DNA from: Octopus vulgaris
Taxonomy: Eukaryota
NCBI GenBank assembly: GCA_951406725.2
Contig: OX597823.1
Location: 70,804,001-70,868,000, forward strand
Direction of reading: 5' to 3'
Length of the DNA: 64,000 nucleotides
Shown here: positions 1-12,899 of the stretch, piece after piece
How positions within the stretch are numbered: position 1 is the first letter of the stretch
How the letters are laid out: every line of letters begins with the position of its first letter
Notes under the pieces: model-generated
The model's input: the letters and a program-made list of their open reading frames with translations, nothing else
Told to the model about the DNA's origin: nothing
The model's database searches: none
Made by a program: the position numbers and the translations under genes

Positions 1-155
1 GAAACACCTCCGCATATTTTGGGTAGACCGAGTACTCCGAAAATTCCAGGTAATTTAACCAATGAAATCTGCAGAGTTGAAACGGTGTCAGGTGTCCTGG
101 AACTCCATGTATGCACCAAAGGAATAACTTACTTTTCACACAGTGTAATCTACAG

Positions 156-1035
156 TAAACGAGAATAAAACGAGTGGGCGTTTCAGGTATTATTACACGT
201 GTTTCGATAGCAATTCATTCCGAACACAATTTATTCAGATCGTGTTATTTAATATGTAACATTATGCAAGTTCGTGCTCTCACAATGGTGTATCACTTCA
301 TATAACACTTCTCCGAATATTTTCAGGTGATATGTTGCCAAAAAGCTTAGCAACAAATGACGATTTCTCTATTGAAATTCATTCCTACTTGGATATAACT
401 AAGTGTTATGACGTGAGTATACACGTCGGGTGTAAAATAGTATTACCCAAATAAATACTTGGAAATCTAGAATAACCTAATACAGAATTATTATGTTCAC
501 ATGGAACACACCCCGTACTACTTGAACGTAGGTACGATATTAAACCAACACACGTCGCACAAACACAGTAACCAATATGGTCGACCAACAGTCGTCTGCT
601 CCAGACAGTTCACACAGTTCTTTATTGAAATCCGTTAGTCTACTTCCAGTCACGTGAGAATGTACCTGATCCCACTACTCTAAGATAACAGACAACTCCA
701 TTTTTAAGCAATACATACAGTAATTCGGTTGACTGTGAAATCAAAATGTTTGATTGGTTGACCTAAAGATAACCACGCAATATGGTATTCTTGTTTGTCA
801 AGTTTTACTATAAATCCGTGGTTCATGCATTCAATTGTCATATGCTGCCTAAAAGTTAAGCAACGTATCACTTGAGAATATTCAAATGTGTTTTACTTGA
901 AGAAATGGTATTTTGTGGAAGCACGAACTTGCATAACATTACATATTGAATTACACAATTGTACTCGTGTTCAGAATATATTGCAATAGAAATATTTGGA
1001 GTAATACCCAGAAATCACTATTCGTTTTATTTTTG

Positions 1036-1039
<4 letters not shown>
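156..1039. mobile_element. Penelope-like fold-back element: diverged ~270-bp inverted arms (~156-425 / ~780-1039), each with a decayed hammerhead motif
   Basis: The reverse complement of the left arm (gcacgaacttgcataatgttacatatt...atcgaaacacgtgtaataatacc) aligns with the right arm (gcacgaacttgcataacattacatatt...atagaaatatttggagtaatacc). The element ends at a (TA)n tract. Confidence 0.6.
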
Positions 1040-1073
<34 letters not shown>

Positions 1074-1075
<2 letters not shown>

Positions 1076-1297
1076 AGGTGCGTGGCTTAGTGGTTAGGGT
1101 ATCAGCATCATGATTCCTGGACCGGGCGACGCGTTGTGTTCTTGAGCAAAACACTTCATTTCACGTTGCTCCAGTCCACTCAGATGCCAAAAACGAGTTA
1201 TGCTGCGATGGACTGGCGTCCCGTTCAGCTGGGAAACACATACGCCATTGAAACCAGGCCCACGAGCCTGGCTAGGCTTTAAAAAGGCGCACATATT
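1074..1297 (+). mobile_element. tRNA-derived SINE, family C
   Basis: A-box-like head GTGGCTTAGTGGTTAGG and body ctgcgatggactggcgtcccg. Related copies at 2862, 38500, 39822 and 60228. Confidence 0.75.
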
Positions 1298-1358
1298 TAT
1301 ATTTATATATATATGTATGTATATATACATATATATATTATTTATATTTATATATATG

Positions 1359-1389
<31 letters not shown>

Positions 1390-1400
1390 GTATATATATG

Positions 1401-1449
<49 letters not shown>

Positions 1450-1534
1450 GTATATATATATATATGTATATATATATTTTCATATTTATATTTATATATA
1501 TGTATACACACACACACACAAACACACATATATA

Positions 1535-1765
1535 TATTTCTTTACTACCTACAAGGGGCTAAACATAGAGGGGACAAACAAAGACAGACAAAGGGATTAA
1601 GTCGATTACATCGACCCCAGTGCGAAACTGGTACTTAATTTATCGACCCCGAAAGGATGAAAGGCAAAGTCGACCTCGGCGGAATTTGAACTCAGAATGT
1701 AACGACAGACGAAATACGGCTACGCATTTCGCCCGGCGTGCTAACGTTTCTGCGAGCTCGCCGCC
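1535..1765 (-). mobile_element. SINE family B (head GGCGGCGAGCTGGCAGAAACGTTAGC)
   Basis: Reverse complement of the repeat at 19557, 27349, 28220 and 44321. B-box-like GAGTTCAAATTCC. Confidence 0.85.
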
Positions 1766-1783
1766 CATATATATATATATATA

Positions 1784-2010
1784 GGCGCAGGCGTGGCTGT
1801 ATGGTAATACTCTTGCTTTTCAACCACATGGTTCCACCTTTCGTGACACTTTGGGCAAATGTCTTCTACTATAGCTTCCGGCCGACCAAAGTCTTGTGAG
1901 TGTAGTTTTGTTGGCGGAAACTGAAAGAAGCTTGTTATATATATGTATGTATATATATATGCGTGTGTCTCTGTGCTTGTGTTTGTTCCCACTACCGCTT
2001 GACAGCTGTT
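1784..2010 (+). mobile_element. SINE family A (tRNA head plus CORE-like accttgggcaagt body), decayed
   Basis: ggcgcaggcgtggctgtatggtaa...ctttgggcaaatgtcttctactatagc; about 20 copies in the window. Confidence 0.8.
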
Positions 2011-2029
2011 TTTCAATTTTATGGCAAAA

Positions 2030-2640
2030 TGTTATTAACGGAGGAGGATATTTATCGTAACAAACTTTTATTGTAGATAAGAGATGTTTGTTTTGGAAAT
2101 AATTGCCGAAACGTACTTAGATTTCTAAAAAAAAATATCAACGCCTGCTTTCATGGCTGCCAGACATCGTGCAGCTCTTGTTTGGTGGTAAGTTTCAGAT
2201 CTAATGCGGAAGCCATAGATTTATCTATTATTCGGAGACACCAGTATAATCGAAAGGAAATTAAATTTCATCTTTCTTAATCAAGTTGATTAAATGAAAA
2301 GATGTCTATCACCAAAAACAGGGTTTTTAAATTGCTTATTTTTGTGGTTTCTTCCAGCTGTTAAAGATGACCAAGAACTTTGAAAATAAAGCTTTACTTT
2401 TTGTTAACAATTCTCCAGGTTACTTACCTAACCTGAATTAACTCAGTGATAATGTTCAAGTAGATTTTCTACCCTCAAAGATAGTAGCATATTCAATCTA
2501 TGAACTAAAGAGTTATTGCTACATTCAAAGCCTACTATTGGATGAGCATCTTTAAGCTGTATACGAGAAAATGGACTTTGTCCACAGCAAAAATACTTAG
2601 ATAATGAAAGTAAACAACATGTAAACGAAGTTTTGCATTT
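2030..2640 (+). pseudogene. pogo/Tigger-type DDE transposase relic
   Basis: Broken frames resemble Tigger motifs D.xxLFWK..P.RT.IS (2077-2130) and V.FLP....IQPMDQGVIATFKAYY (2460-2540). Confidence 0.65.
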
Positions 2641-2861
2641 TACATATCATGAATGTGATTAAGGTTTGTCATCAGATTGACTACAGTGGCAACAAGTAAA
2701 ACAACCACAATTAATCTCGCCAGGATAAAAAAATCTGTCTTAACTGGGTAATTAAGAGCCAATACAAAATATTCATCGCTCATCAAATAATTGTTGAGAT
2801 GGTACACCAAGCTGGAGGTGATCGCTATTAAAAAAAGGTATCCTCTCGAGTTATACCGACT

Positions 2862-3071
2862 CATAAGGGTCAGTTTCTATGTTTTATGGCGTATATATTC
2901 CCCACGTGGACGGGACGCCACAGGATGACTCATTTTTGTCGGTTGATTGAACTAGAGGAACGTGAAATGAAGTGTTTCGCTCAAGAACACAACGCGTCGC
3001 CTGGTTCACGAATCGGAACGACAATCTTACGATCATGAGTCCAACACCCACTCTACTAAGCCACATACCTC
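2862..3071 (-). mobile_element. SINE family C
   Basis: Reverse complement of 1074-1297 (gtgaaatgaagtgtttcgctcaagaacacaacgcgtcgcc). Confidence 0.75.
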
Positions 3072-5039
3072 CACAGTTCATCAATCTGATGTAGTGGAGT
3101 TACTCGAATATCATAATGAAGAAATATTTATTTAGGTCCTTATGAAATTGGGACAGTAGCGCTATGAAAAGTTGATAAAAGTGAACTATGTGGAACTACC
3201 ATAAATTTTAGTAACTAAAATTGGGGTTTTTCATATTTTAGATAAATCTATAATCATTTTCACAGAAAAACAATCTTCAAAAGCGAGAAGTTAAAAGAAA
3301 GCAAAACAAGTGGACATAATTGCTTCAAAGAATTGTTGAAGTAGAAGGAAAAGTTGCACAGAAAACATTGGACATCTTTAAGCAAATTTTTATCGTATTG
3401 GAGTTATAAATTATTCTTAAATGTTTTTTAGAACACATTTTCATGCTTAATGCTTTTGAGCCATTATATAGTTCCATTATCAAATAACATATAAATTCTA
3501 AATTTTAGGAATGTCACTCTTGTTTATACTGTTGAACTTAAGGGAAACTAAGTTTCGTTTTATGTTGCTTCAATTAATTTTGCAAGTCTCAAAGTTTACA
3601 CTCGATACTTTATAAGCAAAATTATTTGGCATTAAATCCTACGAGAACAAGATTGATCTTTGTTATTTCTAGACTATTTACATGATTTCCTAGTAAAACC
3701 TGTTTTACTACTAGACTTCCAGAAAATTTTAGCAAAATTTGGCACACATATATATCTAACTAGAATTCGTTTTGAACTAACAAAGTTGATGTGGACCAAA
3801 AATATCACCTACAGAAATTATTAAACGCTTCGAAATATGCAGGCAAGTCCAATACGCGCCACGATAAATCTGAAGTCATATAATTATACAACAACCGTCC
3901 TTGATGATTCGCTTGCTATTTCTATGTAGCTTGATTAAATTGAAAGAGAAATTATCAAAATAATTTTATCTGTTTGAGCTGAAGGAATAATTAGTCATTA
4001 TCAAATAACATATATTTATTCTAAATTGCTGCAGCTCTTGACATGAAAATATGAGCTTTCTTTGATACAAGAAATATCAAACTTCCTTAAAAAATGACAG
4101 TTGATAATATTTAATAATGTGACTTCTCTCGCCTCTTGAACTACATACGATTGGAATGGAACTGCTTCATGAATATCCATCTCTGGATGAATAATAACAT
4201 CTACGAAGCATGAACTCCTGTACATCGAAATCTGCATGATTTTAGCGAGAATAAATCCAAAAGCTAACTCTTTGGATGAATGACACTTGCATGCACCCAG
4301 CATATCTTGAAAAATATTCCAGTATTAAGTAATGAACGTCTATGACAATGGATTTCCAAGTTTCAAAAGTTGTAACAAATGCTGATTATCGAATGTGTTC
4401 CGCAAATATTTATTTTCTTTATTCAAATATCTAAGGTGGCTTCTTTTAATATGACTGTATCTAAATGCGTAATTGTAAATGCATGTAGATGTACACACAC
4501 TCACACACACGCACACACATGCATACATACACAGATACAGACACACATATACACACTCACACACACATGCACACGCACACACATGCAAGCACATGCACAC
4601 AAACATACTTAAACGTATACACTTACACGCTCTTGATCTCTCCTTAAATATATTCTAGTCTTGTTCTATTTCACGCTCGTCACTAGGAGTAGCTTTAAGT
4701 TTGCTTGGCAACGCAGTAGACAGCAACATCAGTGAGGCCATGTGAGACACCAAGCCAAACCAAACCAAACCAAACCAAACCATTTCCTTGTGTACTTATT
4801 AACCTTGCCCTCTATTATTTCCACTGTACTGGTACTGGTAACGTTTATGAGTATCAGTATGAACTGCAGGCAGGCAACAGACCGTGTATTTTCCAGAGAA
4901 CCTACTTATGACTATTGCCTGCAAGCTCCTCTTTGGTAGTTGACCTCATTTCCTTTTGTATATGTACGTGCGTGCATTCTTGTGTGAGTGTGTGTGTGTA
5001 TGTGTGTGCGCGTGTATGTTTGTGTGTATGTGTGTGTGT

Positions 5040-5420
5040 GATTCAAGGAGTCGTCACACCATCTTCCTAGAATCTTCACTGGTTTTTCTACCACACTTGC
5101 AATAGGTTGGTTGCCTGCAATGAACGAGACCTTATCTTGTACACTCTTCTTCTCTAGTGAGAAGCCCGCAACTTCTTAGGCTGAATTTCATTCAATGGGT
5201 GACTACTTCTTATCCCTGCTTTAGAATCTCGTGTGCTTTCTTTTCTTTTGTGGAAAGGACTCTAATATCATCCATAAACGCTTTTAGAAGAGGAAATCAG
5301 TAACCATTTCCAAGATCTGCTGCACATGAACCAGTCATCACTGCCTTCAAAATAACCTCCGTAGCCAGCACAAACAACACTGAAGAAATAGTACAGCCTA
5401 CCTACTACGAAGCCTTCACA
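5040..5420 (-). pseudogene. Non-LTR retrotransposon RT fragment, Hero-like (RLE group)
   Basis: Minus-strand translation gives GCTISSVLFVLA...PLLKAFMDDIRVL...EKPVKILGRW.DDSL, typical of Hero-clade RT. Confidence 0.7.
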
Positions 5421-5646
5421 AGTGTAAAAAATAGAAACATACAGACAGACAGGAAAAAGGAAAATGTCCCTTGCATTTGAAAACTATGGAAATATTTTTA
5501 AAAAGCATTTCATATAATTTTTTCCACAATTTAATTGTTTTTCATGTTTAAGTAATGAAATGTTCTTCATGATAAAATTATTTTAGCATTTTCTACCTTG
5601 TCATATTTTCCTTACACATATCAACTCGTGTCTTACTTTTCAACCT

Positions 5647-6045
<399 letters not shown>

Positions 6046-6444
6046 ACATCAGACAGAAGATAGGCTACTCTGTATATATGATATATCATTTACAGCAATT
6101 ACAAAAATTGCTAACCAAAATAAAATTAACGAAAAAAAAAATATATATTCCTAGATTATCTTTTACAACTGTTTCTAAAATTCAGTGTGGATTTGATTTA
6201 AAGATGTCTATTAGGCAAACACGTACACGTACCGATAGAATGATACACATCAAACAAGCCGAAATTATTATGACCACATAAATATGCAATAACAGTATAT
6301 TTAATTCTGTGGCGTAGAAACGACAAAATGTTCCTTCACAAGTCACAATGTGTATATACATACAAATACACACAAGTGCGTCGCGCACGCACACACACAC
6401 ACACATACACACACGCGCGCACGCACACACGTACACACATATAT

Positions 6445-6606
6445 GGCCAATCGTAGCTGTGTGGTAAGAAGCTTGCTTCCCAACTACATTATTCTGGTCT
6501 CAGTCCCACAGCGTGGTACCTTGGACAAGTGTTTTCTATTATAACCTCGGGACGACCAAAGACTTGTGAATGGATTTTTGTAGACGGAAACTGAAAGAAG
6601 CCTGTC

Positions 6607-6666
<60 letters not shown>

Positions 6667-6757
6667 TTGTGTGTTTTTAACTTAGTGGTTCGGCAAAAGA
6701 GGACGATAGAATAAGTCAAGGGGTCGACTTGCTCGACTAAAGGCGGTGATCCAACAT
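6445..6757 (+). mobile_element. SINE family A
   Basis: gctgtgtggtaagaagcttgcttcc...accttggacaagtg...gactaaaggcggtg. Confidence 0.8.
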
Positions 6758-6802
6758 ATATATATATAGACCAAACTGAAGCGAAGACAGCATATATATA
6801 TA

Positions 6803-8024
6803 TCTATATATATAAAACTGTAGTTGTGTGAGTGTCTGTCCCCTTCGATTTAGATTCCTAACTACTCCCACATTTTGCGGTGCAGTTTAACCAAATTCGG
6901 GTATCTTATAGTCGTGATTCATATCGAGCCCGTCTGCCTATTAGCGCGCGTCTACGATGAGTCTACGATTTTAAAAATAATTTAACATCATTTTTTATTC
7001 CATTTTAATGCATAATTTTTTGTGTGTCGATGGCGGCGGAGTTGACGTCCACGCTCACATCTGCACCTGTTTGCTTCTCCCCCTCCTTCCCTCCCTCGTG
7101 AAACTGTGGGGAAGGGAGTGTAAGGAAATCAACGCCGTAAAGCGTTGTCAAGGAGACCAGCGTTCTTTTAGAACAACGACTTCATGGCTTGAAGACACCA
7201 AAACAGAAATTGCTAAGAGAGCCCGAATTGGCATCTATAAGGGAAGTAACTCTCTAAAAATGCTTATATAGTTATTTCCCTTCCGGGCGATACTGCTAGT
7301 CTATATATATAAAAGTGAAGTTGTGTGAGTGTCTGTCTCCTACGATTTAGATTCCTAACTACTCCCACATTTTGCGGTGCAGTTTAACCAAATTCGGGTA
7401 TCTAATAGTCGTGATTCATATCGAGCCCGTCTGAGTATTAGCGCGCGTCTACGATGAGTCTACGATTTTAAAAATAATTTACCATAATTTTTTTCCATTT
7501 TAACGCATATTTTTTCGTGTGTCGATGTCGTCCATGCTCACACCTGCACCTGTGTTGCTTCTCCCCCTTCTTCCCCCCTCGTGAAGTTGTGGGGAAGGGA
7601 GTGTAAGGAAATCAACGTCGTAAAGCGTTGTCAAGGAGACCAGCGTTCTTTTAGAACAACGACTTCATGGCTTGAAGACACCAAAACAGAAATGGCTAAG
7701 AAAGCCCGAAAGCAAATTCTACAAAATCGGAAAACACGCCACACAGGGAAGTTTTCCCGTGCAAATAATTTGCACAACCGAATGTTATAGTTGTTGCACA
7801 ACTTTTATTTAAAAAATATTATACAAACACAAACTTTTGAAGGCAACATTGTATGGCGATGGTACTTGTGAAATATGGTAATGGATTTAGAACCCAAAAG
7901 GAGAGAGCAGAGGCATAGTATGGTGGTGGTGGAGGCGGTGGTAGTGGCAGCGGTGGTGGCGCTGGTGCTGGTAGTGGTGATGGTGGTCGTGGTCGTGGTG
8001 GTCGTCGTGTTTGTGGTGGTGTTG

Positions 8025-8056
<32 letters not shown>

Positions 8057-8949
8057 GGTGGTGGTGGGGGTGGTGATGATGGTGGTGGTGGTGGTCGTGG
8101 TGATGATGGTGGTGGTGGTGGTGGTCGTGGTGGTCTTCGTGATGGTGGTGGTGATGGTCATGGGCGTAGTGGTGGTGGTCATGGTGGTAGTGGTGATGGT
8201 GTTGGTCGTGGTGGTGGTGGTGGTGGTGGCTGAAGCTGTCGTCTGGGTTCTTCCAATTTTTTCGTGTGTCGGTGGCGGCGTTGGCGTTCATGCTCGTACC
8301 TGCACCTGTGTAGCTCCTCCCCTTCTTCCCTCCCTCGTGAAGCTGTGGGGAAGGCAGGGTAGGGAAATCAACGTCGTAAAGCGTTGTCAAGGAGACCAGC
8401 GTTCTTTTACAACAACGACTTCATGGCTTGAAGTCGCCAAAGCAGAAATCGCTAAAAAAGCTGAAACAGATCCACAAAAACGGCAAAAACCGCCGCACAG
8501 GGCAGGTTTCCTGTGCAAACAATTTGCACAACCGAATGTTTTAATTGTGGCACAAATCTTTATATATAAAAGTGAAGTTGTGTGTCTGTCTCCTACGATT
8601 TAGATTCCTAACAAATCCCACATTTTGCGGTGAGTTTAACCAAAACCGGGTATCTTTTAGTCGTGATTCATATCGAGCCCTTCGGGGTATTAGCACGCGT
8701 CTACGATGAGTCTACGATTTTAAAAAAAATTACCATCATTTTTTCCATTTTAATGCATTTTTTCGCTATTATATAAGGGAAGTAACTCTCTAAAAATGTC
8801 TACGATGAGTCAACGATTTAAAAAAAATTGCCATCATTCTTTATTCCATTTTTAATGCATTTTTAAAATATTTTTTTGCTATAACTCTCTAAAAATGCTT
8901 ATATAGTTATTTCCCTTACAAACCCGAGCAACGCCGGACGATACTGCTA

Positions 8950-8950
<1 letters not shown>
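6803..8950 (+). mobile_element. Non-autonomous Helitron-like tandem array (three 5' ends, two 3' ends) with an internal (GGT)n tract
   Basis: 5' TC(T)ATATATATAAAA ends at 6803, 7300 and 8557. 3' ends CCGG(G/A)CGATACTGCTAG at 7299 and 8950, the last preceded by a hairpin (CCCGAGCAACGCCGG). Inserted in (AT)n with no TSD. Confidence 0.8.
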
Positions 8951-8998
<48 letters not shown>

Positions 8999-9244
8999 CA
9001 AAGGGCTAAAAACCACTAGGTGGTCAGCCGTCAGATTTTTGTATGCTAGGCTACTGGTTTTAAATTGATATTAATTTAATTAATATTCAATTTATCTCCC
9101 TCATTATTTAAATTTATATATATATATATCAAGCTGAAGCGAAGACAGTATGTTCTTTGCCTATCTCCTTACCTTCTTGGAGGGTTTAGATAAAATTATA
9201 CTAATGTGTCCGTCTGTTTTACTCAAATTTAATTCTATGTATTT

Positions 9245-9332
9245 ATGCAGCTGAGGCTTGCTCTGCATTTAAATTGATGTAATGGTTGCATTCTTCAATT
9301 AAATGGAGTTGCTTGAAACGATCGTACTGCAT
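9245..9332 (+). ncRNA. Type I hammerhead-like motif with long stem II (core A9>C)
   Basis: ATGCAG-CTGAGGC-[~55-nt hairpin]-GAAA-CGATCG-TA-CTGCAT. Stem I is a perfect 6 bp; stem III is the palindrome ACGATCGT. Confidence 0.6.
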
Positions 9333-9355
9333 TACTTCACGATATCCTGTTGCAT

Positions 9356-9800
9356 TACATTCTAACGTTGTTATGTGTTTGTGTTTTACAGGGCAATGAC
9401 GTTAAGTTGTTTTTCTCAGGAGGCACTAAGTCAATTGTTTATTGATGTATATCATACCTTTATAATTTTATATTTTTCAGAAGAAATTTTGCCCATATGA
9501 GTAATTAGGAAAGCAAAAGTCAAAGAGTGTGTAATTTTCAAATGCACTCGTCAAAAAGGAGATTTCAATGTAAAAATATGGAGCTATTATGAAAGTCTGG
9601 AAGTTGAGGAATCAACAAAAGAATATAAAAGAAATATGAAAAAGTCCCAACCAAATCATGAGAAAAATGGAAATTGAAAAATATAAAAGACCATTGAAAA
9701 TCCAAAAATACAAGAACACCAAAACATACTTGTTGACAAATATGAATTGAACTTATTGGAAGGAAAAGAAAATTACATGGTTCAAGAAAAATTATTGAAA
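9356..9800 (+). pseudogene. Heavily indel-ridden partial duplicate of the maT element 5' region plus its flank
   Basis: Matches 9998-10580, including the flank tacattctaacgttgttatgtgtttgtgt. Confidence 0.75.
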
Positions 9801-10027
9801 TGGAGTTCATATGTTTTAGGCCTGGTACTAATTCTATCGGTCGCTTTGCCGAACGGCTAAGTTACCAGGGTCTAAACACATGTTACCAAACGGTGATGGG
9901 GAACAAACATAAACATAGGCGTAGACACTCCCACGCAGACAGACACACACACACATACATACATACATTCTCACACAAACACACGCGCTCACACCTGTAC
10001 ATTCTAACGTTGTTATGTGTTTGTGTA

Positions 10028-11318
10028 CAGGGTGGGGAAGCAAAATTTACAATGAACGTTAAGTTGTTTTTTCTCAGGAGGCACTAAGTCAATTGTTTTG
10101 AAACCTAGCATATATTGATGTCATACTCATACCTAACACTATAATTCTTACCTTTTCAGAAACTTTTGCCCATATGAGTAATTAGGAAAGCAAAAGTCAA
10201 AGAGTGTGTAATTTTCTGAATGCACTCGTCACACCAAAGGAGATTTCAAAAATAGTTGGAGTGTCAATAAATACTGTTTATAATGTAAAGAATAGAATGA
10301 CTATGAGCAAAGCTATTATGAGGAAGTCTGGAAGTTGAGGAATCAACAAAAAACGTACCAAAGCTTATATTAAAGCTCTCAAATCCAAAATCCTAAAGGA
10401 ACCAACCAAATCCATGAGAAAAATGGAAATTGAACTTGAGGTAGACAACAAGACCATTAGAAATGCTGTAAAATATGATTTGAGGTTAAAATCTTACACA
10501 AGAACACCAAAACACTTGTTGACAACAGCTATGAAGGAAAAGATATTGGAGAGGTGCAAGAAAATTATTACATGGTTCAAGAAAAAAGTCCTCCATTGTA
10601 ACGATCTTTTCAGATGAAAAGATCTTCACTGTCGATGCTGTTCTGAACAGCAGAAATGACAGATTTATCGCAAAATCTACAGCTGAGGTTTAGGGGACAT
10701 TCAAAACAAAAGATCCTGCTCAAGTTATGGCTTTTGGTGTTGTGGCTTCCAATGGAAAGAAAATGCCTATAAAATTCTACAAAGCTGATGAAAAGATTAA
10801 TGTTAATACTTACTACAAGACTCTGAGATACCAGGTATTGCAATGGCTTAAAGCAAACTACTCTGATGGTAATTATGTATGGACACAGGATGGTGCTCCA
10901 GCCCACACAGCTAGAAAAATACAAGATTTCTGCAAATCCAACTTTAGCAATTTTTTGGAATCTTGTTTATGGCCGCCTTCTAGCCCAGATCTAAACTTTC
11001 TGGATTATGCTATTTGGAGCATTTTAGAACATGCTACTAATAGAACATCACACAGTAATGTCGACTCTCTTAAAGATACTATTAAAGAAGAATGGGAGAA
11101 GTTGTCTCCCGAATATTTGAGGAACGCCTGTGCAAGTTTAAGGAAGCGTGTGAAGGCAGTTATCGAGAAAGAAGGAGGACACATAGAATAAAAATATTTT
11201 CTATTATGTAAATTGTCTTGTGGCAAATAAATTCTCATGACTTTCAATAAACAAATTGCTCATACACTGTCTTTCAATCCCTGCCTCAAAATATTGTAAA
11301 TTTTGCTTCCCCACCCTG
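10028..11318 (+). mobile_element. Full-length Tc1/mariner DD37D (maT) transposon
   Basis: Perfect 26-bp TIRs CAGGGTGGGGAAGCAAAATTTACAAT, TA target duplications, 1291 bp. Confidence 0.93.
10174..11191 (+). pseudogene. DD37D transposase with in-frame stops and a frameshift
   Basis: FSDEK ... QDGAPAH ... WPPSSPDLNFLDY, with 37 residues between the 2nd and 3rd Asp. Split over ORFs 10414-10617 and 10727-11191. Confidence 0.9.
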
Positions 11319-11368
11319 TATGTATGTGTGTATATATTTATATAATTATGAATATATATATATTTATA

Positions 11369-11510
11369 TACATTATATAATTAGGGCTTAGTAAAAGAAA
11401 TTTTCTTTAAGTAGTGGAAATGGCAAAAAAACTTTTTTTGGCTGCTATTTCTAGTAAGTTCAGTATGTGGCAAAGTAATTTATTTTACTAAGCCCTAATT
11501 ATATAATGTA
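11369..11510. repeat. Inverted repeat (28-bp perfect arms) with a one-sided extension to ~11610
   Basis: tacattatataattagggcttagtaaaa / ttttactaagccctaattatataatgta. Confidence 0.85.
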
Positions 11511-12299
11511 ATATTTTGAATTCGCCTTAAATGGTCCTTTTACATACTGAATACTTGGTGAAATTGATTAATAACTAATTAATTTTACCCTCAATTGTTG
11601 ATATATTTATATACATTCATACATACATATATATATTTGTATATGCGCAAACGCATATTTGTGCATGTATACATTTATATATTTTTTCAACGTTAGCCTT
11701 ATAAAACCTTTAAGTTGATTAGTAATTTTGGCATGTTCGGCGTCCCTACCCCAACTTTTTAACATAACATATTTTTCACAGAACATAGTTATTGGCCGTT
11801 AGCTGAAATGCTGTCATCCTTAATCTTATTGTCTTATTTTACTGTTTCAGCTTTCCTTGTTTTCATCTTCTTCTCGCGTATGTTTCATACGTGGCTTTTA
11901 TTACTTCTTGGTTGTTAGGATGTTCCAATAATTTATGTATGTTAACTGTTTAAAATTACCGCTAAACTGAATACACAGTCGGGTTTTTGTCTTCTACTAT
12001 CCCCCCACCTCCGACGCCAAAGGAATTTTATTGTCCTTGTGTGGGTCTTTCTCATCCTTCCTTCACTTTAGTTCTCCCACCACTCCTACTTCTTTACCTA
12101 ACAGCTTTCTCCTTCGATTAAGTAACATCCATAAACACACCCAACTTATTTACTTTCGGAGCCACTTACCAACTAACAATTAATTGCATTGATCATTTGA
12201 TTTTGATTTTGTGTTTGTCGACTTGCCATTTGTACTGTGGCTGAATTGATGAAACGTTTACTCATCTCCAGGCGACAATGTAAACACATGAATGTAACT

Positions 12300-12377
12300 A
12301 GACCTGAAGATTAGCTAAGCAGGTTTTATTCGTGTTATGTAACAAACATTGTTTTTGCTTTGAGACTTTTGTAGTCT
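12300..12377 (+). ncRNA. Degenerate type I hammerhead-like motif
   Basis: AGAC-CTGAAGA-[stem II aagcag...tttgctt]-GAGA-CTTTTG-TA-GTCT; GAAA is mutated to GAGA. Confidence 0.45.
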
Positions 12378-12659
12378 TTATTTACTTTCCCCATTCCTTA
12401 CATTCTTAGGTTTTTATTCACATTTTTAGCAACATTCGTTGCTAAACCATGGGTTGTATGGCGACTGTCAGCTTATCAAAATTTCCTTTAATTTCAACAT
12501 GAGACGAAGTGTGTAACTTACGACGGTTAATAAACTCTTTTTATCGTAAATGTCCACATTTTGTTATCCATACTGGCTGTATACATGTTAGAAGTTACTA
12601 CCTACCTACATCAGTATCTTTGGATTATCGTAACTTTTTGCTATATATATATATGTGAC

Positions 12660-12851
12660 CTCGTGAAGACCACTTGCATTTTTTTCCCTCTGTCCTCCCA
12701 CCTCGGGATCTTTCTTTCTCCTATGTTTCCGACGAAGAGCTCCGCTCGAAACGTCATACCCTCCTTCTTCCCTTTTTTCCTGAGCGCCCAATAATATTTT
12801 ATTTGTTCCACATCCTCGCGTTGTTGTCTTTTTGTTTTCTTGTTTGGATTA

Positions 12852-12855
<4 letters not shown>
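12660..12855 (+). mobile_element. Short Penelope pLTR-like unit (HHR family 1) with hammerhead motif at 12726-12757 (U4>C)
   Basis: CCGACGA-A-GAGCTCCGCTC-GAAA-CG-TC. A homologous copy lies at 57931-58130 (-). Flanked by (TA)n. Confidence 0.7.

Positions 12856-12899
<44 letters not shown>

Noticed and set aside
327-412. Apparent internal exon (ttttcag|GT GAT ATG...TAT GAC|gtgagt, DMLPKSLATNDDFSIEIHSYLDITKCYD)
   Set aside because: It lies within the inverted arm of the 156-1039 fold-back element and has a diverged counterpart at ~780-880, so the splice signals are probably coincidental.
4016-4303. 95-aa non-repetitive minus-strand ORF
   Set aside because: No recognisable motif, splice context or start context; possibly decayed TE sequence.
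7805-8603. Poly-Val, poly-His and poly-Thr ORFs
   Set aside because: Translations of a (GGT)n tract inside the Helitron array.
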